A stretch of 64,000 nucleotides of DNA, taken from assembly GCA_051599415.1 (NCBI GenBank), contig AP039702.1, positions 372,001-436,000 of the forward strand, given 5' to 3'. Each line of letters starts with the position of its first letter. Position 1 is the stretch's first letter. The notes under the pieces are model-generated. The model had not been told where the DNA came from and did no database searches. It worked only from the letters and a program-made list of their open reading frames with translations. A program made the position numbers and the translations under genes. Of this stretch, positions 1 to 11,378 are shown piece by piece. Origin of the DNA: Savitreella phatthalungensis. Its lineage: Eukaryota.

Positions 1-1673
1 GCAAGTCTACCAGATTTCCCTCCCGGCACATAGTCGAACGCGTAGGTCTGATACGCATTGCCCTCATACCATTTGCGGTTCAGCGTGGTCACGCCAGAAA
101 GCGCTTGCTGATATGGGCCTCCATTCCACGAGTTCATGTTCGTCACGGAAACATTGTTGACTGCGAGGTAATCCGAGTTGCTCATCCAGAAGAGGTCGAA
201 TGGTGCCGTCTGTAGCGATTGGGAGACAACGCCTGTCAACAAATCAGGTTGGTAGGCACCGACTGTAGCCTCGATCACATCAATTTCAGGCGCGCCTCGG
301 CCTGTGCCAGGATTCGGATGCTCTGCCCCGGAACAGGTGCATGACGACAAGCGTTGCCCAGGCAGGTAGGACAAGCCATCGGCTTGTGACTGATTAGCCG
401 TAATGCCAGCATCACATGACGAGTATGAGTATGGCCATGTGCCATCTGTGGTAGCGAGGTAACCCGCGCGTCCAAGATTGCCCAGTGTCCAGATGCCCGG
501 CCACAGTCCAGGAACAGAGCCCGAACCCGGTAAGGAAGCAGACACTTCGATCATACCGCCCTTGAAGCAGAGCTTGTTCCATGATTGCAGCATGCCCGAT
601 CGGTAATCAAGGCCGTGATTGGCAAACTTCTCGAACTTGATGACGAGCGACCCGTTCCGCGTCGTGATAGCGTCAGGATCATACCACTCCAGATCTTGTG
701 TGGCACCGTACCGAATGTCGACGGCTTCCCAGAACTGGTCGTCACCTGGATAGAATGTCCTTCCTTCCTGATTGAACTCGTCACTGAAGACCAACTTGTA
801 CGTCTTGCCAAATACCGACTGCTTCGTATAAGCGCTTTGCGGTGTGTCGGGATCAATCATTGAGGTGCGGATGTGTGACAACATCGGAGCGGTTGAGTTG
901 ATCAAGTCCTGATCGATTGGTGGAGCAGTCAAATGTCCGGTATATGTAAGCGCAGGAATCAGGATGAAGATGACAATGGAGGAGACCAGGAGCAGGATAA
1001 GCGCACCCATGTTCATAAGACCGCGTCGATTGCGCCACCACACGTTGGTAGGTAGCCGATCAGGCACGCGCGGATCGTGCAGGTAGTCATCATCCTCCTT
1101 GTCAAGAAACGTGCCTGCATAATCTTGTGATGAGATTGCAAATGCGCCGAGTATCTTTGAGCGTTCGTCAAGGCTATCCAGCTCGTCGTTCTCGTCCTTT
1201 TCTATCAGTGTCTCTGGCGAGAGAGAGTTGCGTCGACTCGGCAATCGGGAAGTGTCACGTGAGAGGTCCATCGACGATGGATATCTGTCCAACATGTCTG
1301 CAAGCATTCGCGAGCTCGGCGGCACACCTAGAAGTGGCAAATTGACCTGCGACACGTTGGCAGAATTGTTTGTGCTGGGTCTGCGGCTAGCACCACGCGA
1401 ACTGTTGTATGCGTAAGGCCTCGAGCCTCCAGGCAGCATTGCCTCGTCAGGGCGCAGATTCGATAGAGATCTGCGCAGTGTGCTGAGAGATTGAGATGAG
1501 AAACTCGGTCGAAGTGAGTTACCGATCGCGGCATTCTCATCAGCGAAAGGATCCGCTGCATATCCGGAGGGACTACCGTAGGCATTCGTGAGCTCTCTGC
1601 CGCGTCGCGAAGGCACAGGTGATCGTCCTGAATCGCTTGCTCCAGGGGCACCGGGCGGCGATCTCCCTGGCAT
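1..1673 (-). CDS. KRE6: Beta-1,6-glucan synthesis-associated protein, KRE6/SKN1 family (GH16-like), 3'-truncated by window edge
   Basis: Not in the ORF track because there is no stop in the window. Manual translation from ATG 1673 stays open to base 1: MPGRSPPG..., EDDDYLHDP, a TM segment (ALILLLVSIVIFILIPAL), LVFSDEF...FYPGDDQFWEAVD, YRSGMLQSWNKLCFKGG, GLWPGIWTLGNLGRAGY, GRGAPEIDVIEA, GGPYQQALSG. Confidence 0.93.
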   Translation of the reverse strand, partial: MPGRSPPGAPGASDSGRSPVPSRRGRELTNAYGSPSGYAADPFADENAAIGNSLRPSFSSQSLSTLRRSLSNLRPDEAMLPGGSRPYAYNSSRGASRRPSTNNSANVSQVNLPLLGVPPSSRMLADMLDRYPSSMDLSRDTSRLPSRRNSLSPETLIEKDENDELDSLDERSKILGAFAISSQDYAGTFLDKEDDDYLHDPRVPDRLPTNVWWRNRRGLMNMGALILLLVSSIVIFILIPALTYTGHLTAPPIDQDLINSTAPMLSHIRTSMIDPDTPQSAYTKQSVFGKTYKLVFSDEFNQEGRTFYPGDDQFWEAVDIRYGATQDLEWYDPDAITTRNGSLVIKFEKFANHGLDYRSGMLQSWNKLCFKGGMIEVSASLPGSGSVPGLWPGIWTLGNLGRAGYLATTDGTWPYSYSSCDAGITANQSQADGLSYLPGQRLSSCTCSGAEHPNPGTGRGAPEIDVIEATVGAYQPDLLTGVVSQSLQTAPFDLFWMSNSDYLAVNNVSVTNMNSWNGGPYQQALSGVTTLNRKWYEGNAYQTYAFDYVPGGKSGRL

Positions 1674-3121
1674 GATGATGTAGTCGACCAGATCAAATGT
1701 CTTGTCGATCCACCAACAATCTTTATTTGTACTGTACTTTATGTTGCTCGCAGTCACTCACTGCTATGCTGTAGGTGAATGCCGTCACTGTAGACTCTCT
1801 TTTCGTCGTCCGCTGGAAGGACAGCACGAAGGCTAGAAGCACGGCTGAGAGTGATACGCTGATGAGAAGACCTAGATGATTCTAGAGTCCATGTAAAGGT
1901 GCATCGATATAGAGTTCGCAGGCAAGTACTAGGCAAGGGGATAATTGAGAGTGTGGATCCCATTGGCACGCATGAATAAGGATCTCCTTTGAGATAATTA
2001 CCTATGACGCGCAATCGGAATGAAGGCACCGGCAGGCCAAACCATTCTAGCCAATACTTCTTGGAGTATACTAGGTTGGCTGTGCTTGGCGCCTATCTGA
2101 CCCGGTCATTGGGCTTCTCGGAAGTCTATTTTGGGCGCTAAAGTACCAAGGGAGGGCGGAACATGTTGTGTATGCTATATACTGTATATGGTACCCTTGA
2201 ATTTCCCTTCCACTCTAGCTATAAAACTTGCTTGCGGGTAAGCCTGGCGTCGTTCAGAAGCAGACGCCCTATCAACCGACGAACAAACAGAAAAAGGCGA
2301 ATCCGCCCATCGATCAGTAACTCATCGCGGTGTAATACAACGGAGCATGATAGAGAGAGAAGGTCAAGCTAACTGTGGTTCAGATGGTCCATCAACATAA
2401 AATCCTTTCATCTCGGAAAGATTGAACGAACCACGAACGTCCTTTGACAATCTACCTGTTGGTTTCTGTCCTTGTTCAGATTCAAATCCAACTCACATTC
2501 ATGCAAAGCTTTCCCAAACTTGCAGCCGATCAAATCCAGCTCCGCGGATGAGTGACGGCATCTTCACGCAAACCTGAAATTACCCATACCTGCAAGCCGC
2601 CAATTCGACAAAATTGGAGGAAAAGAAACGCGAGCGTGGCCCAACTCGAAAGGTTGCAAGAACGACCAGGAGTCATCTACAGTTTTCCGCCAGGTGATAC
2701 ACACATCTGAACGGCACATCGACATTCAATGCCATCGCTGTCGGCATCGCTGCTCTTGATCGTATGATCTATCGCCTATTCTCTCCTGCTCAATTGCACA
2801 GAGGATGTATTCCAATGCATCGAAATATACAGTATTAGAAAAACCTTGTTGCCGCCGGACCAAGTATTATTCTGTCCTATTTTTAGCATCTCGAAATATC
2901 GAGGCCAATCCTCCCCAAATAGTCCTGCCTCTGTGTGAGCAATGTTTATCATGTCAGTCCAGACTGGCGGCCGTGCGGCTTTGCTCCATGTACATCAGTC
3001 GGGGAAGCAGATTACGCCATGGTCGGGCATGTAGACTTGCCGCACAATAGCTCGACGCCTTGAGAGGCACTCGTGCCTGACTATGGTCGAGCTAAATGCT
3101 CTATCCGTTTCGATGGAAAGG

Positions 3122-4168
3122 TCATTTGTGCAGGCCGATGCGAGCCCTTGTCTTGTTGCGCTGTTGCTCTGCAGCTGACACCTTGCCCGATACATCACTG
3201 CCAGCAACGTCCCTGGAGATGGCTGCCTTGGTCCCATCAGCCTGAACATCTGCGGCAGTCTTAGCACGTTCACCATCAGCAATCGTCCCTTGCTCTGCAG
3301 AGATCGGATCAGCTCTAGGCTGGGTGGGCGTTGGCGCATCAGCATCGATACCAGCACTGGCAGCGTTGGCGTCCTTGACGGCTTTTTGTACCTCATCGAC
3401 CAATGTACTTCGGCTGGATGCGAGATCGATCTCCTGTTCGGAATCGCTCTCTTCCAGCTTGCGAACTTGTCGTATTGCTCGATTGAGCTCAGTAGCAAGA
3501 TCTGGAGTCTTAGGTTGGAGCAGTTTATTCACACGTCCGGCATCAGCAGAGCCAGCACTGTCATAAATCTCATCGAGTTTCTCGGAGGCGGCGAAGTCGA
3601 GTCGATTCTCTTTAAGTAGAAGTTGAAGATGCTGTGCGCCTTGCATCGCCCGCATGTGACTCCAAGCACGGAAGGCCAAGTAGAAAAACGGGATATTCGG
3701 AACGATCGGTATGAGCATGAATGGGATCGTGAAGGGACTCAGGACGATTGCGGAGATCATCTTTGACCGGTGCCTGGGGGCACCTTCGGCCGCCAGCCGA
3801 CGCACTTCTGCCAGCAGTATATCCTTCCCTGTGCTAGCTCTAGCCGGATGCGATATTGTCACATTTCGCGAGCTGTTCGTTTCAGCTGGATGATGGCGAT
3901 CATACGCGGCGATTGACATGACACTCTTCAGTGAATGTTCCCGATAATCGATAGTGTCAACCATCTTGTTGCCCCACGCAACAAGCTTCTTCTTCCAGCT
4001 TGTGTCGCTCTGCTCGAATGAACGCCATGTCGAAGATGCTTTCGAGACTACACGCTCTTGGATCGTGGGTTTGACCTCGGGCGCTCCCGCCGCGGGTTTC
4101 GTGGGTAGACAATATAGAAAGGCTCTCCGCGATGAGGTCCTTGATATTGGAATGACAACGAGACGCAT
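3122..4168 (-). CDS. Mitochondrial K+/H+ exchange-related protein (YDL183C/MRX19-like)
   Basis: Likely start MRLVVIPISR (ATG 4168). Contains WKKKLVAWGNKMVDTIDYREHSLK and PFTIPFMLIPIVPNIPFFYLAFRAWSHMRAMQGAQHL, typical of this family. Confidence 0.75.
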   Translation of the reverse strand: MRLVVIPISRTSSRRAFLYCLPTKPAAGAPEVKPTIQERVVSKASSTWRSFEQSDTSWKKKLVAWGNKMVDTIDYREHSLKSVMSIAAYDRHHPAETNSSRNVTISHPARASTGKDILLAEVRRLAAEGAPRHRSKMISAIVLSPFTIPFMLIPIVPNIPFFYLAFRAWSHMRAMQGAQHLQLLLKENRLDFAASEKLDEIYDSAGSADAGRVNKLLQPKTPDLATELNRAIRQVRKLEESDSEQEIDLASSRSTLVDEVQKAVKDANAASAGIDADAPTPTQPRADPISAEQGTIADGERAKTAADVQADGTKAAISRDVAGSDVSGKVSAAEQQRNKTRARIGLHK

Positions 4169-4742
4169 CACCCCAGATGGAAAACGCGAAGAGATATGGA
4201 CTGTTTCCTTTTGTTGTCCTTGTCTTGCATGGCTCAAAGAACGTGAGGCTAATCGACGTCACTCACCCAGCACAGGGATGCAAGCCGCAATAATTTCTAC
4301 ACGATCGAGAACATAGACTCATCCATGCATTGATTTGATGGAGATGGATGATGGAAATGCACTTAAAATCAATCGAATGTAAATTCACACACAGCTGTGC
4401 TGCCATTGTGCATTCAGAGCTATATTTTTTGCAGCGCTAATTGAACGACCTAGTTTGCGATTCCCTTTGAGTCCAAATTCCCATATCTACTCGAAATGGA
4501 AAACCCTAATTTCTGACCATTGTACGTCATAAATAGTTCAGCTGCCCTCAGCCTCCGGTACTCTCATCTGGAGCTCTTGGCCATGGTTGCAACAGACTCC
4601 CGGAAAAGTTACTTAGAGAACATGTGATAGTAACATTTCTCCTGCCCACTGCATCGTTCAGCATAGCTCTCCATCAATACTGTCTGTCATAGCGACCGGC
4701 GCTACGAGCCAAAGAGGATGAGAGAATAGAAAACCTGATAAC

Positions 4743-7007
4743 ATGCACAGGGTCTCAATGGCACGAAGCCAGGCTGCATTGCGAGCTTGTGCCGTCAGTA
4801 CCATATCACTGGCCACCATTCAGGTCATCCATTCGAGGAGAAGTATCCGGCTAGATCATACATCTTCGACCACAAATCGGCCTGGTGAGCCTCGTGCAAC
4901 GCCTGCTGGTGACAGAGATGCCAAAAACGTGCTCGAAGAGTTTGTCTCGCTCGATTGGCTCACCTCACGCATCCAAGGGACCGGCATAAATATGCGTGTC
5001 TTGACCGATTTTAAGCCACCGTCGCTGGACGAGCTTGCAGATAAGCTCGATCTGAGAGACGCATGGTCAGAGGTCATCAGGAAAGTTGGTCTGCCCGAGT
5101 ATGCACAACATATACCTACCCTAGCCCTGCGGCTCAAGCAGTCTTTCTCCTTCGAAGAAGGCTCCATGGGGGACGCAGTGGCCAAGGAAATGTTCGATCA
5201 GACTATCAATCATCATTGCAATGAGACTGCCGAAGTGCGTTTCTCCAATCGTCTTTGTCGAGATGAACAGGAGTTTTTTCGTCGGCGAGCGGAGCACTCC
5301 AGACAGGCATTTGCCAAGTTTGTGGGCGTCCCTGCGGAAGAAGTGGACATTCGTGACGTGCCAATTGTCGGGATCGCCGGCTCTGGCGGTGGTCTCCGGG
5401 CGTGCCTTGCCACCGCCTCGTACTACGACATTTTTCAGCGAATCGGACTATGGGACTGCACGCACTATCTCGCGGGCGTTAGTGGCAGTACCTGGGCGCA
5501 AGCACTCGTCTCGACTCTGGCCGGAGGAGATCCGAAGAGGCTCTTTCAGCATTTGGAAAAGCGCACGACAATTCACATCGCAGACCCGGCAAATCTAAGG
5601 TGCTTGATGGACTCCCCAGCTGACAAGTACATCCTAAGGGATCTGCTCGAGCGAAGGAAGGCCGGATTCGAGGATTTTGGTCTAGTCGGTCTCTACGGGC
5701 TTTTGCTGGCATCGCGATTCATGTTGCCCTCTAATGAAGTTAAGCTCAACGATCGCCACATGACTGTTTCAGCGCAGAGAGATGCTATTGATGACGGGCG
5801 TACTGGTCCAATGTCCATCTATACGCTGGTCCGTCACGAGATTCCACCAAAAACGCAGAAGGAGATCGAGACTGGCCAGATAGAGGGTCGTCTGAATGCC
5901 GACGAAGCAAAAGAGAAGGTCGAGGAGCATGCCTATTTTCAGTTCTTCGAGATGACACCTTACGAATTTGGGAGCGAAGAGCTCGGTGCTTGGATCCCGA
6001 CATGGTCCCTAGGCCGTCGTTTTGAGGGCGGCCGCAGCATCGATAGTACTCCAGAGATCAAACTTACAACACTGCTAGGCACGTTTTCTTCCGCATTCTG
6101 TGCTTCACTGCAGCACTACTATCGAGAATTGCAGCCCATCCTGCCAAAGAGCAGTGTCTTTGACATGATCGACGACCAGATAAAGCAGCACGAGGACGCT
6201 ATGTCGTCTACGCATCTAATCGACGCCACCAAAGTGCCGAATTTGATCAAGGGGGTCGAGAAATCGGCTTTGCCAAAGACCGCTCCGTCACACATGACGC
6301 AGGATGACAATCTAGAGCTCTGTGATGCAGGGATGTCGAACAACATTCCATTCTATTCATTATTACGTCGTGACTGCGACGTGCTCATCGCAATCGACTC
6401 ATCGGCAGACATAGATGAGACTGGCAAGGTCTGGTTCAGCGAGACTGAGTCTTATGCTAAACGGCGCGGACTGAAGGCCTGGCCCGTCGGCGCAGGATGG
6501 CCACGCGACTCAGATGATGCGGAGACTCAGTTGAAAAGGGCTACAGCCAAGGATTCTGCGGGTGGAGATGACATGCTGGAGCGTTCGAAGGATACTGCTG
6601 TGCATCAGAACGGCAAGAAACAATACGCGCTCGACAGTGTAAATATCTGGGTCGGTCAATCCACAGAGGCCACAGCCTCAGCTGATGACGAGGCATCGAC
6701 AGGATCGAGCAGAGCGCAGCTCATTGACAGTGATGATATGGACGCTGTCAGCTCCTCTTCTGGCATGCTTTTAGTATACCTGCCACTGTTGCCTCACGCT
6801 GAGATTGATATTGATCCAACTTCGAGCGAGGTGCTTTCGACATGGAATTTCAAGTATACCCCCGAAGACTGTCGAGCTTTGCGACAGCTGTGCGAGTACA
6901 ATTTCTTCAAGTCGCCCGGGGGAAGCGGAGAAAAAAGGCTACGGCGAGCGATGAAAGCTATTTGGCAGCGCAAACGAGCAGAACGACTGAAGGCTGAAAA
7001 TCACTGA
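4743..7007 (+). CDS. Cytosolic phospholipase A2 / lysophospholipase catalytic-domain protein
   Basis: 754 aa ORF with GIAGSGGGLRA oxyanion motif, GVSGSTW catalytic Ser and CDAGMSNNIP catalytic Asp. Confidence 0.88.
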   Translation: MHRVSMARSQAALRACAVSTISLATIQVIHSRRSIRLDHTSSTTNRPGEPRATPAGDRDAKNVLEEFVSLDWLTSRIQGTGINMRVLTDFKPPSLDELADKLDLRDAWSEVIRKVGLPEYAQHIPTLALRLKQSFSFEEGSMGDAVAKEMFDQTINHHCNETAEVRFSNRLCRDEQEFFRRRAEHSRQAFAKFVGVPAEEVDIRDVPIVGIAGSGGGLRACLATASYYDIFQRIGLWDCTHYLAGVSGSTWAQALVSTLAGGDPKRLFQHLEKRTTIHIADPANLRCLMDSPADKYILRDLLERRKAGFEDFGLVGLYGLLLASRFMLPSNEVKLNDRHMTVSAQRDAIDDGRTGPMSIYTLVRHEIPPKTQKEIETGQIEGRLNADEAKEKVEEHAYFQFFEMTPYEFGSEELGAWIPTWSLGRRFEGGRSIDSTPEIKLTTLLGTFSSAFCASLQHYYRELQPILPKSSVFDMIDDQIKQHEDAMSSTHLIDATKVPNLIKGVEKSALPKTAPSHMTQDDNLELCDAGMSNNIPFYSLLRRDCDVLIAIDSSADIDETGKVWFSETESYAKRRGLKAWPVGAGWPRDSDDAETQLKRATAKDSAGGDDMLERSKDTAVHQNGKKQYALDSVNIWVGQSTEATASADDEASTGSSRAQLIDSDDMDAVSSSSGMLLVYLPLLPHAEIDIDPTSSEVLSTWNFKYTPEDCRALRQLCEYNFFKSPGGSGEKRLRRAMKAIWQRKRAERLKAENH

Positions 7008-7966
7008 CGAGGAACCTTTCACGTACTTGTCTCAAACTGATATTTGTCCGAGTAAGTTCACGTTCTCTCAAGAACGAAACGTTGAGTTGCATTGCCTTTA
7101 TAGAGCAAAGGCGAGGCTGCCGAACCAGCATGAGGTCCAACTCATCCCCCTGATTTCAAGCTAGGCCAGTCATCGCTGCGCTGTGCAGCCACGATATCAC
7201 ATCTGGGTGGTCTTTACATGTGTGGTCAATAAATCTAAATCATTTATTATCGTCAGAAATGTAACAAAAATAATGTGCTGAAAAACGATATATCGGCATT
7301 CTTAATTCAGGCCTCGTGGTGATTCGCCGCGAGTCCACCACGCGTGATCTACTTTGATAAATGTGAAAACATAAAAACCATTGATTCCATTAGAGCCGGT
7401 ATTGGATCCTGTATAATCAATATGTCTCCGGCCGTACATCAATTGCAAGCATTCGATCGGACGTCGAAATTAATGCAGTACCTGAATAGAATCATCGACC
7501 AAATCTAAATCAAATAAATACCAAGCCGAGCCATCTTTCAATGTGATGGCCATGCATCCGAGTATACTATCGATGCAATTCGACACATAATAACACACGG
7601 GTATCCAAGTAGCTCTATAGATCGATCATATTGCACTTCAAGTAGGAAACACTTGAACCCTATCAAAAGGTCAGGCGAAGCATGTGCCTAAGAATCTCCG
7701 AGGCTGCTCAGTTAGCGCAAAGTAGCAACCAATGTAGCATCAAACTTACCGTATCCTGGGCGCAGTCTACGCGCGTCCTCAATCATCGCCGTTCGTCCGC
7801 CCTGACACATATGCGAGTGAGTGTCCTGTTTATGTCTGCCACGAGGCGAACAGGCTGACGCTCTTGTGAGCCGCCTGCGCTGACTCACGAGTCGCCTTGA
7901 CCCATTCATGATGGTTGTCATCGCTGCACAGCTGTCCTCCTGACATCGCTATAATTAAAGTGCTCG

Positions 7967-10216
7967 ATGACTTCACGCATGGAAGAATATCCGGCTCCGT
8001 CGTACAGCTTGCCGCTGGCGGCACTGATCCATAGACCGGAGCTACTTAGGCAGCACACCTCTCCTGCGCCTCCGCGATCTCCAGAGCGGCATCATCGAAG
8101 AGCCCTCTCTGCCCCGCGTTCAGTTAAGGAGACACTCGGAGCGCGAGTGCATAAGCGCGATGACGGCACGCGAATGTTGAACCAGTACCTGCTCAAACAA
8201 GAAGTCGGCCGCGGCTCGTACGGCACGGTGATGCTCGCAGAGGACACCACCGATGGCAAGGAGTACGCTATAAAGGAATTTAGCAAGGCTCGTCTTCGGA
8301 AGCGTAATCATTCCGCCATCATGCGTAGACCGCGAGCACAACTTGCAGGTCCGGCCGGCGTAGCTGGGGATAGCTCTGCGATCGGTGCCGGACCAGGCAG
8401 ATCCAGACTGGGCGGACGGGCTTACCTGCTGCGGAATCGCAGTGCTACGGACATCAACAAAGACGAAGAAGGCGAGAACCCTCTCTACCTAATTCGGACT
8501 GAAATGGCTATCATGAAGAAGCTCGATCATGAGAATCTGATTGATCTTATCGAAGTCTTGGATGACCCGGAGGGACAATCCTTGTATATGGTTCTTGAGC
8601 TGTGCAAGAAGGGCGTTGTCATGGACATCGGATTCAATAGCGATTCCAAACCACTCGACGACGAGACTGCGCGACATTTCTTCCGCGACCTGATCCTCGG
8701 CGTGGAGTATCTGCATGCGCAAGGCATCGCGCACCGAGATATAAAACCCGATAATTTGCTCCTGTCCTCTGACGATGTGCTCAAGATTGTCGACTTCGGC
8801 GTCAGCGAGATGTTTGAAACCCAGGAAGGAAAAGATGTGCCACAATCTGGATCCCCAGCATTCATGTCCCCCGAGCTCTGTCACGGGATGCGCAACACGG
8901 CCTTTCTGAAAGCTTCAGACATCTGGTCGATGGGCGTCACTCTCTTCTGCTGGAAGTTCGGCACACTGCCTTTTCCAGAGACGAATCTGATTCAACTCTG
9001 CAATGACATCATGAACAAGCCGCCGGCTCTGCTGGATCCGAGCAACGCGGTAAACAGGCGAGCAGCCTGCGATGACAACCTGCTCGACCTCTTCTCACGG
9101 GTTCTAGAGAAGGACCCAAACAAGCGGATTACCATGGACGATTTACGTGAACATCCATGGGTAACATGTGATGGCGAGGATGAATTGCTTTCAGCAGAGG
9201 AGAACACCGCACAGATGATACAAGAAATCACTGAGGAGGATCTTCGCACAGCTATCAAAGGCATCAAAGGCGCAGTCACTGTCGTCAAGGCCGTTCACAA
9301 GCTCAAGGCCATGCGTGCAGCGAGATCGCGATCGGGGTCACCTGATGCGTATACAGCGCCGCACGATGCAGCAAAAAGTGCACACGCTGATGACGAATAT
9401 CTGCGCGAGGTTACAGGGGATGCACGCAGACTCTCTGCGAGCTCCAACGGGCACGAACTGCCGCACCCGACAGTCCGTCTAGCGCCTCCGACGCAGGGTG
9501 AGGATTCTCATTCGTCTGCTACCGGCGATGGGAACATAGCTATCGGGAAAGCTGTTGTTCAGAGCGTGCGCGATCGTCACGGTCTTGAGGATGAGCGCGG
9601 ACGAAGACTCTCTGCCGATGTGCCGGAACCGACGATCGTCAAGCGCTCCAGCTCGATGGATGCCGCCGTCGAGCGTGCCAATACATCGGAGCGACGCATC
9701 CTAGACCACGCAAAAGCTGCAAGTGAGGCGCATGCACATCTGCCACATCCGCAACGACATCATCATCAGCATCATCAGCATCATCATCATTATCCGGATC
9801 ATCTGTATTATGGTCAGCACCAACAGGTCTCGCAAGTCTCAGGACTTGACAGCACAAGAGACTATTTCTTCGGCCAACAGCGCGGGGGAACGGATGAACA
9901 AGTTGCGACGCCAACAACGGATGCCTCGATGATCTCCACCGTTGCTTCCGATGATGATGATGATGAGCAGAAAGCAGCGCAAGGGACGTCTCCACCCACA
10001 CCCGCTTCCGGAAAGGCCGATGGATGGGACATGCAAAGGGATGCAAGCGAGCAAGGTGAATCTGGGCATTCAATCGCACAAGATCAGGAGAATCTCCTGA
10101 TCTCTTCATCGCTCTCCACAGTTCGGTCGTTTAGTGTGCGGCGACTGAAAGGCGACGAGGAAGGTGAGAAAGAGGAGGAGGAGGAAGAAGAAGAAGAAGA
10201 AGGGGATGGACGATGA
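7967..10216 (+). CDS. Ca2+/calmodulin-dependent protein kinase kinase (CaMKK; CmkC/Ssp1-like)
   Basis: NQYLLKQEVGRGSYGTV, YAIKEFSKARLRKR followed by the insert typical of CaMKKs, HRDIKPDNLL, DFGVSEMF, GSPAFMSPE. The C-terminal tail has a His-rich tract and poly-Glu. Confidence 0.88.
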   Translation: MTSRMEEYPAPSYSLPLAALIHRPELLRQHTSPAPPRSPERHHRRALSAPRSVKETLGARVHKRDDGTRMLNQYLLKQEVGRGSYGTVMLAEDTTDGKEYAIKEFSKARLRKRNHSAIMRRPRAQLAGPAGVAGDSSAIGAGPGRSRLGGRAYLLRNRSATDINKDEEGENPLYLIRTEMAIMKKLDHENLIDLIEVLDDPEGQSLYMVLELCKKGVVMDIGFNSDSKPLDDETARHFFRDLILGVEYLHAQGIAHRDIKPDNLLLSSDDVLKIVDFGVSEMFETQEGKDVPQSGSPAFMSPELCHGMRNTAFLKASDIWSMGVTLFCWKFGTLPFPETNLIQLCNDIMNKPPALLDPSNAVNRRAACDDNLLDLFSRVLEKDPNKRITMDDLREHPWVTCDGEDELLSAEENTAQMIQEITEEDLRTAIKGIKGAVTVVKAVHKLKAMRAARSRSGSPDAYTAPHDAAKSAHADDEYLREVTGDARRLSASSNGHELPHPTVRLAPPTQGEDSHSSATGDGNIAIGKAVVQSVRDRHGLEDERGRRLSADVPEPTIVKRSSSMDAAVERANTSERRILDHAKAASEAHAHLPHPQRHHHQHHQHHHHYPDHLYYGQHQQVSQVSGLDSTRDYFFGQQRGGTDEQVATPTTDASMISTVASDDDDDEQKAAQGTSPPTPASGKADGWDMQRDASEQGESGHSIAQDQENLLISSSLSTVRSFSVRRLKGDEEGEKEEEEEEEEEEGDGR

Positions 10217-11378
10217 GCAGACGAGCATGAGATTACCGAGAGTGACAAAGCTCTGGAGATGACTGGACGAAATGAATGATTATTTCTTAATAGCAGGTGA
10301 TACTGTGGAGCAATCAGCAATCAAAGACGAAGGAAGAGGAGCAGAGTATGCTGGTGATATTCGTCGAACGCGAGGCGATGCCTCGATTGCTTAAGTGGTG
10401 GCGCACTGTTGGCACGCACTCTGATCTACGTCCTTTGTACTGTCACAGCACACGTGATGGATGACTTTGACTGTGACGATCTCATTTTCAGTACACGTGC
10501 TACGGAGGGCAAAGCAATATCCAATATAATTTACATATGCTTGCAATTGATGGTGCATAATATATCGAAGCTAGCTAGGTGTATGATGAGATTCTTGCGA
10601 AGAGATGCGTGCATGATCATCGATGATCTATTTTAAATTAAATTACCGCGAGTCGTGTACAAATTAAATTGAATGCCATTATATCGCGATCGAGTGAATG
10701 GATGATTTGAATATAAATTGGATGATATAAAATACATGTGAACTTGTTTCTATAAACATAGATATCTGTGAAGTTCTTTGAATATCCCGTTGAATGTCCA
10801 GAGCTATAGTCTCTGTACTCCAAATCATCTAAACACTTATTGCTTAATTATCAATGACAGGAATCTCATCAAGGACTGTTCTGATTCTAGCTAGCTAAGC
10901 CAATGCAGCCCGTCAAAGATGCATGCATTGCTTGAGAGCAAGGATAGGATAAAAGATTGACCTTGGGTAGGTAGAGTGAGAAGCTGGCTGAGGGTCATGT
11001 TTTATTCACTTTGCTTTTTCAGTTTAAGCGCCTTCAGAGCCAAGGTGATGATCCATTGGACTCGAGGTCTCCAAATCGCCCGCAGCTCGCCCGCCCATTG
11101 CCTTCGACTCGACCACTGCTCGCAACACCACAGGTCAGCGGAGCGACCCAAAGGTCAAAACGTCGGCTCAACGACCAACCAGCGAGCGCGTACACAAAAG
11201 CGCGTCAAGGTCCTCATTTACGCTTGACATATCTCGCGACCACACTTTGATCACGCATCACAAGAGTAAATAAAGCGCTCACATTCTCTGGAACGCTCTC
11301 AATCCCTGCCTGCTCGCTTTCGTCGAGCGCGTGTCTCTGTCTGTCTTTCGGTGAAACACTTGCCTGTCGACGGCTGCA

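Noticed and set aside
2230..2400. Possible intron GTAAGC...GCTAAC...CAG in the KRE6 upstream region
   Set aside because: No coherent spliced ORF results; insufficient support.
4501..4510. AAACCCTAAT telomere-like motif
   Set aside because: Single copy in a promoter interval; expected by chance.
7315..7342. Isolated hairpin CGTGGTG...CACCACG in intergenic DNA
   Set aside because: A single short stem with no snoRNA or snRNA boxes.
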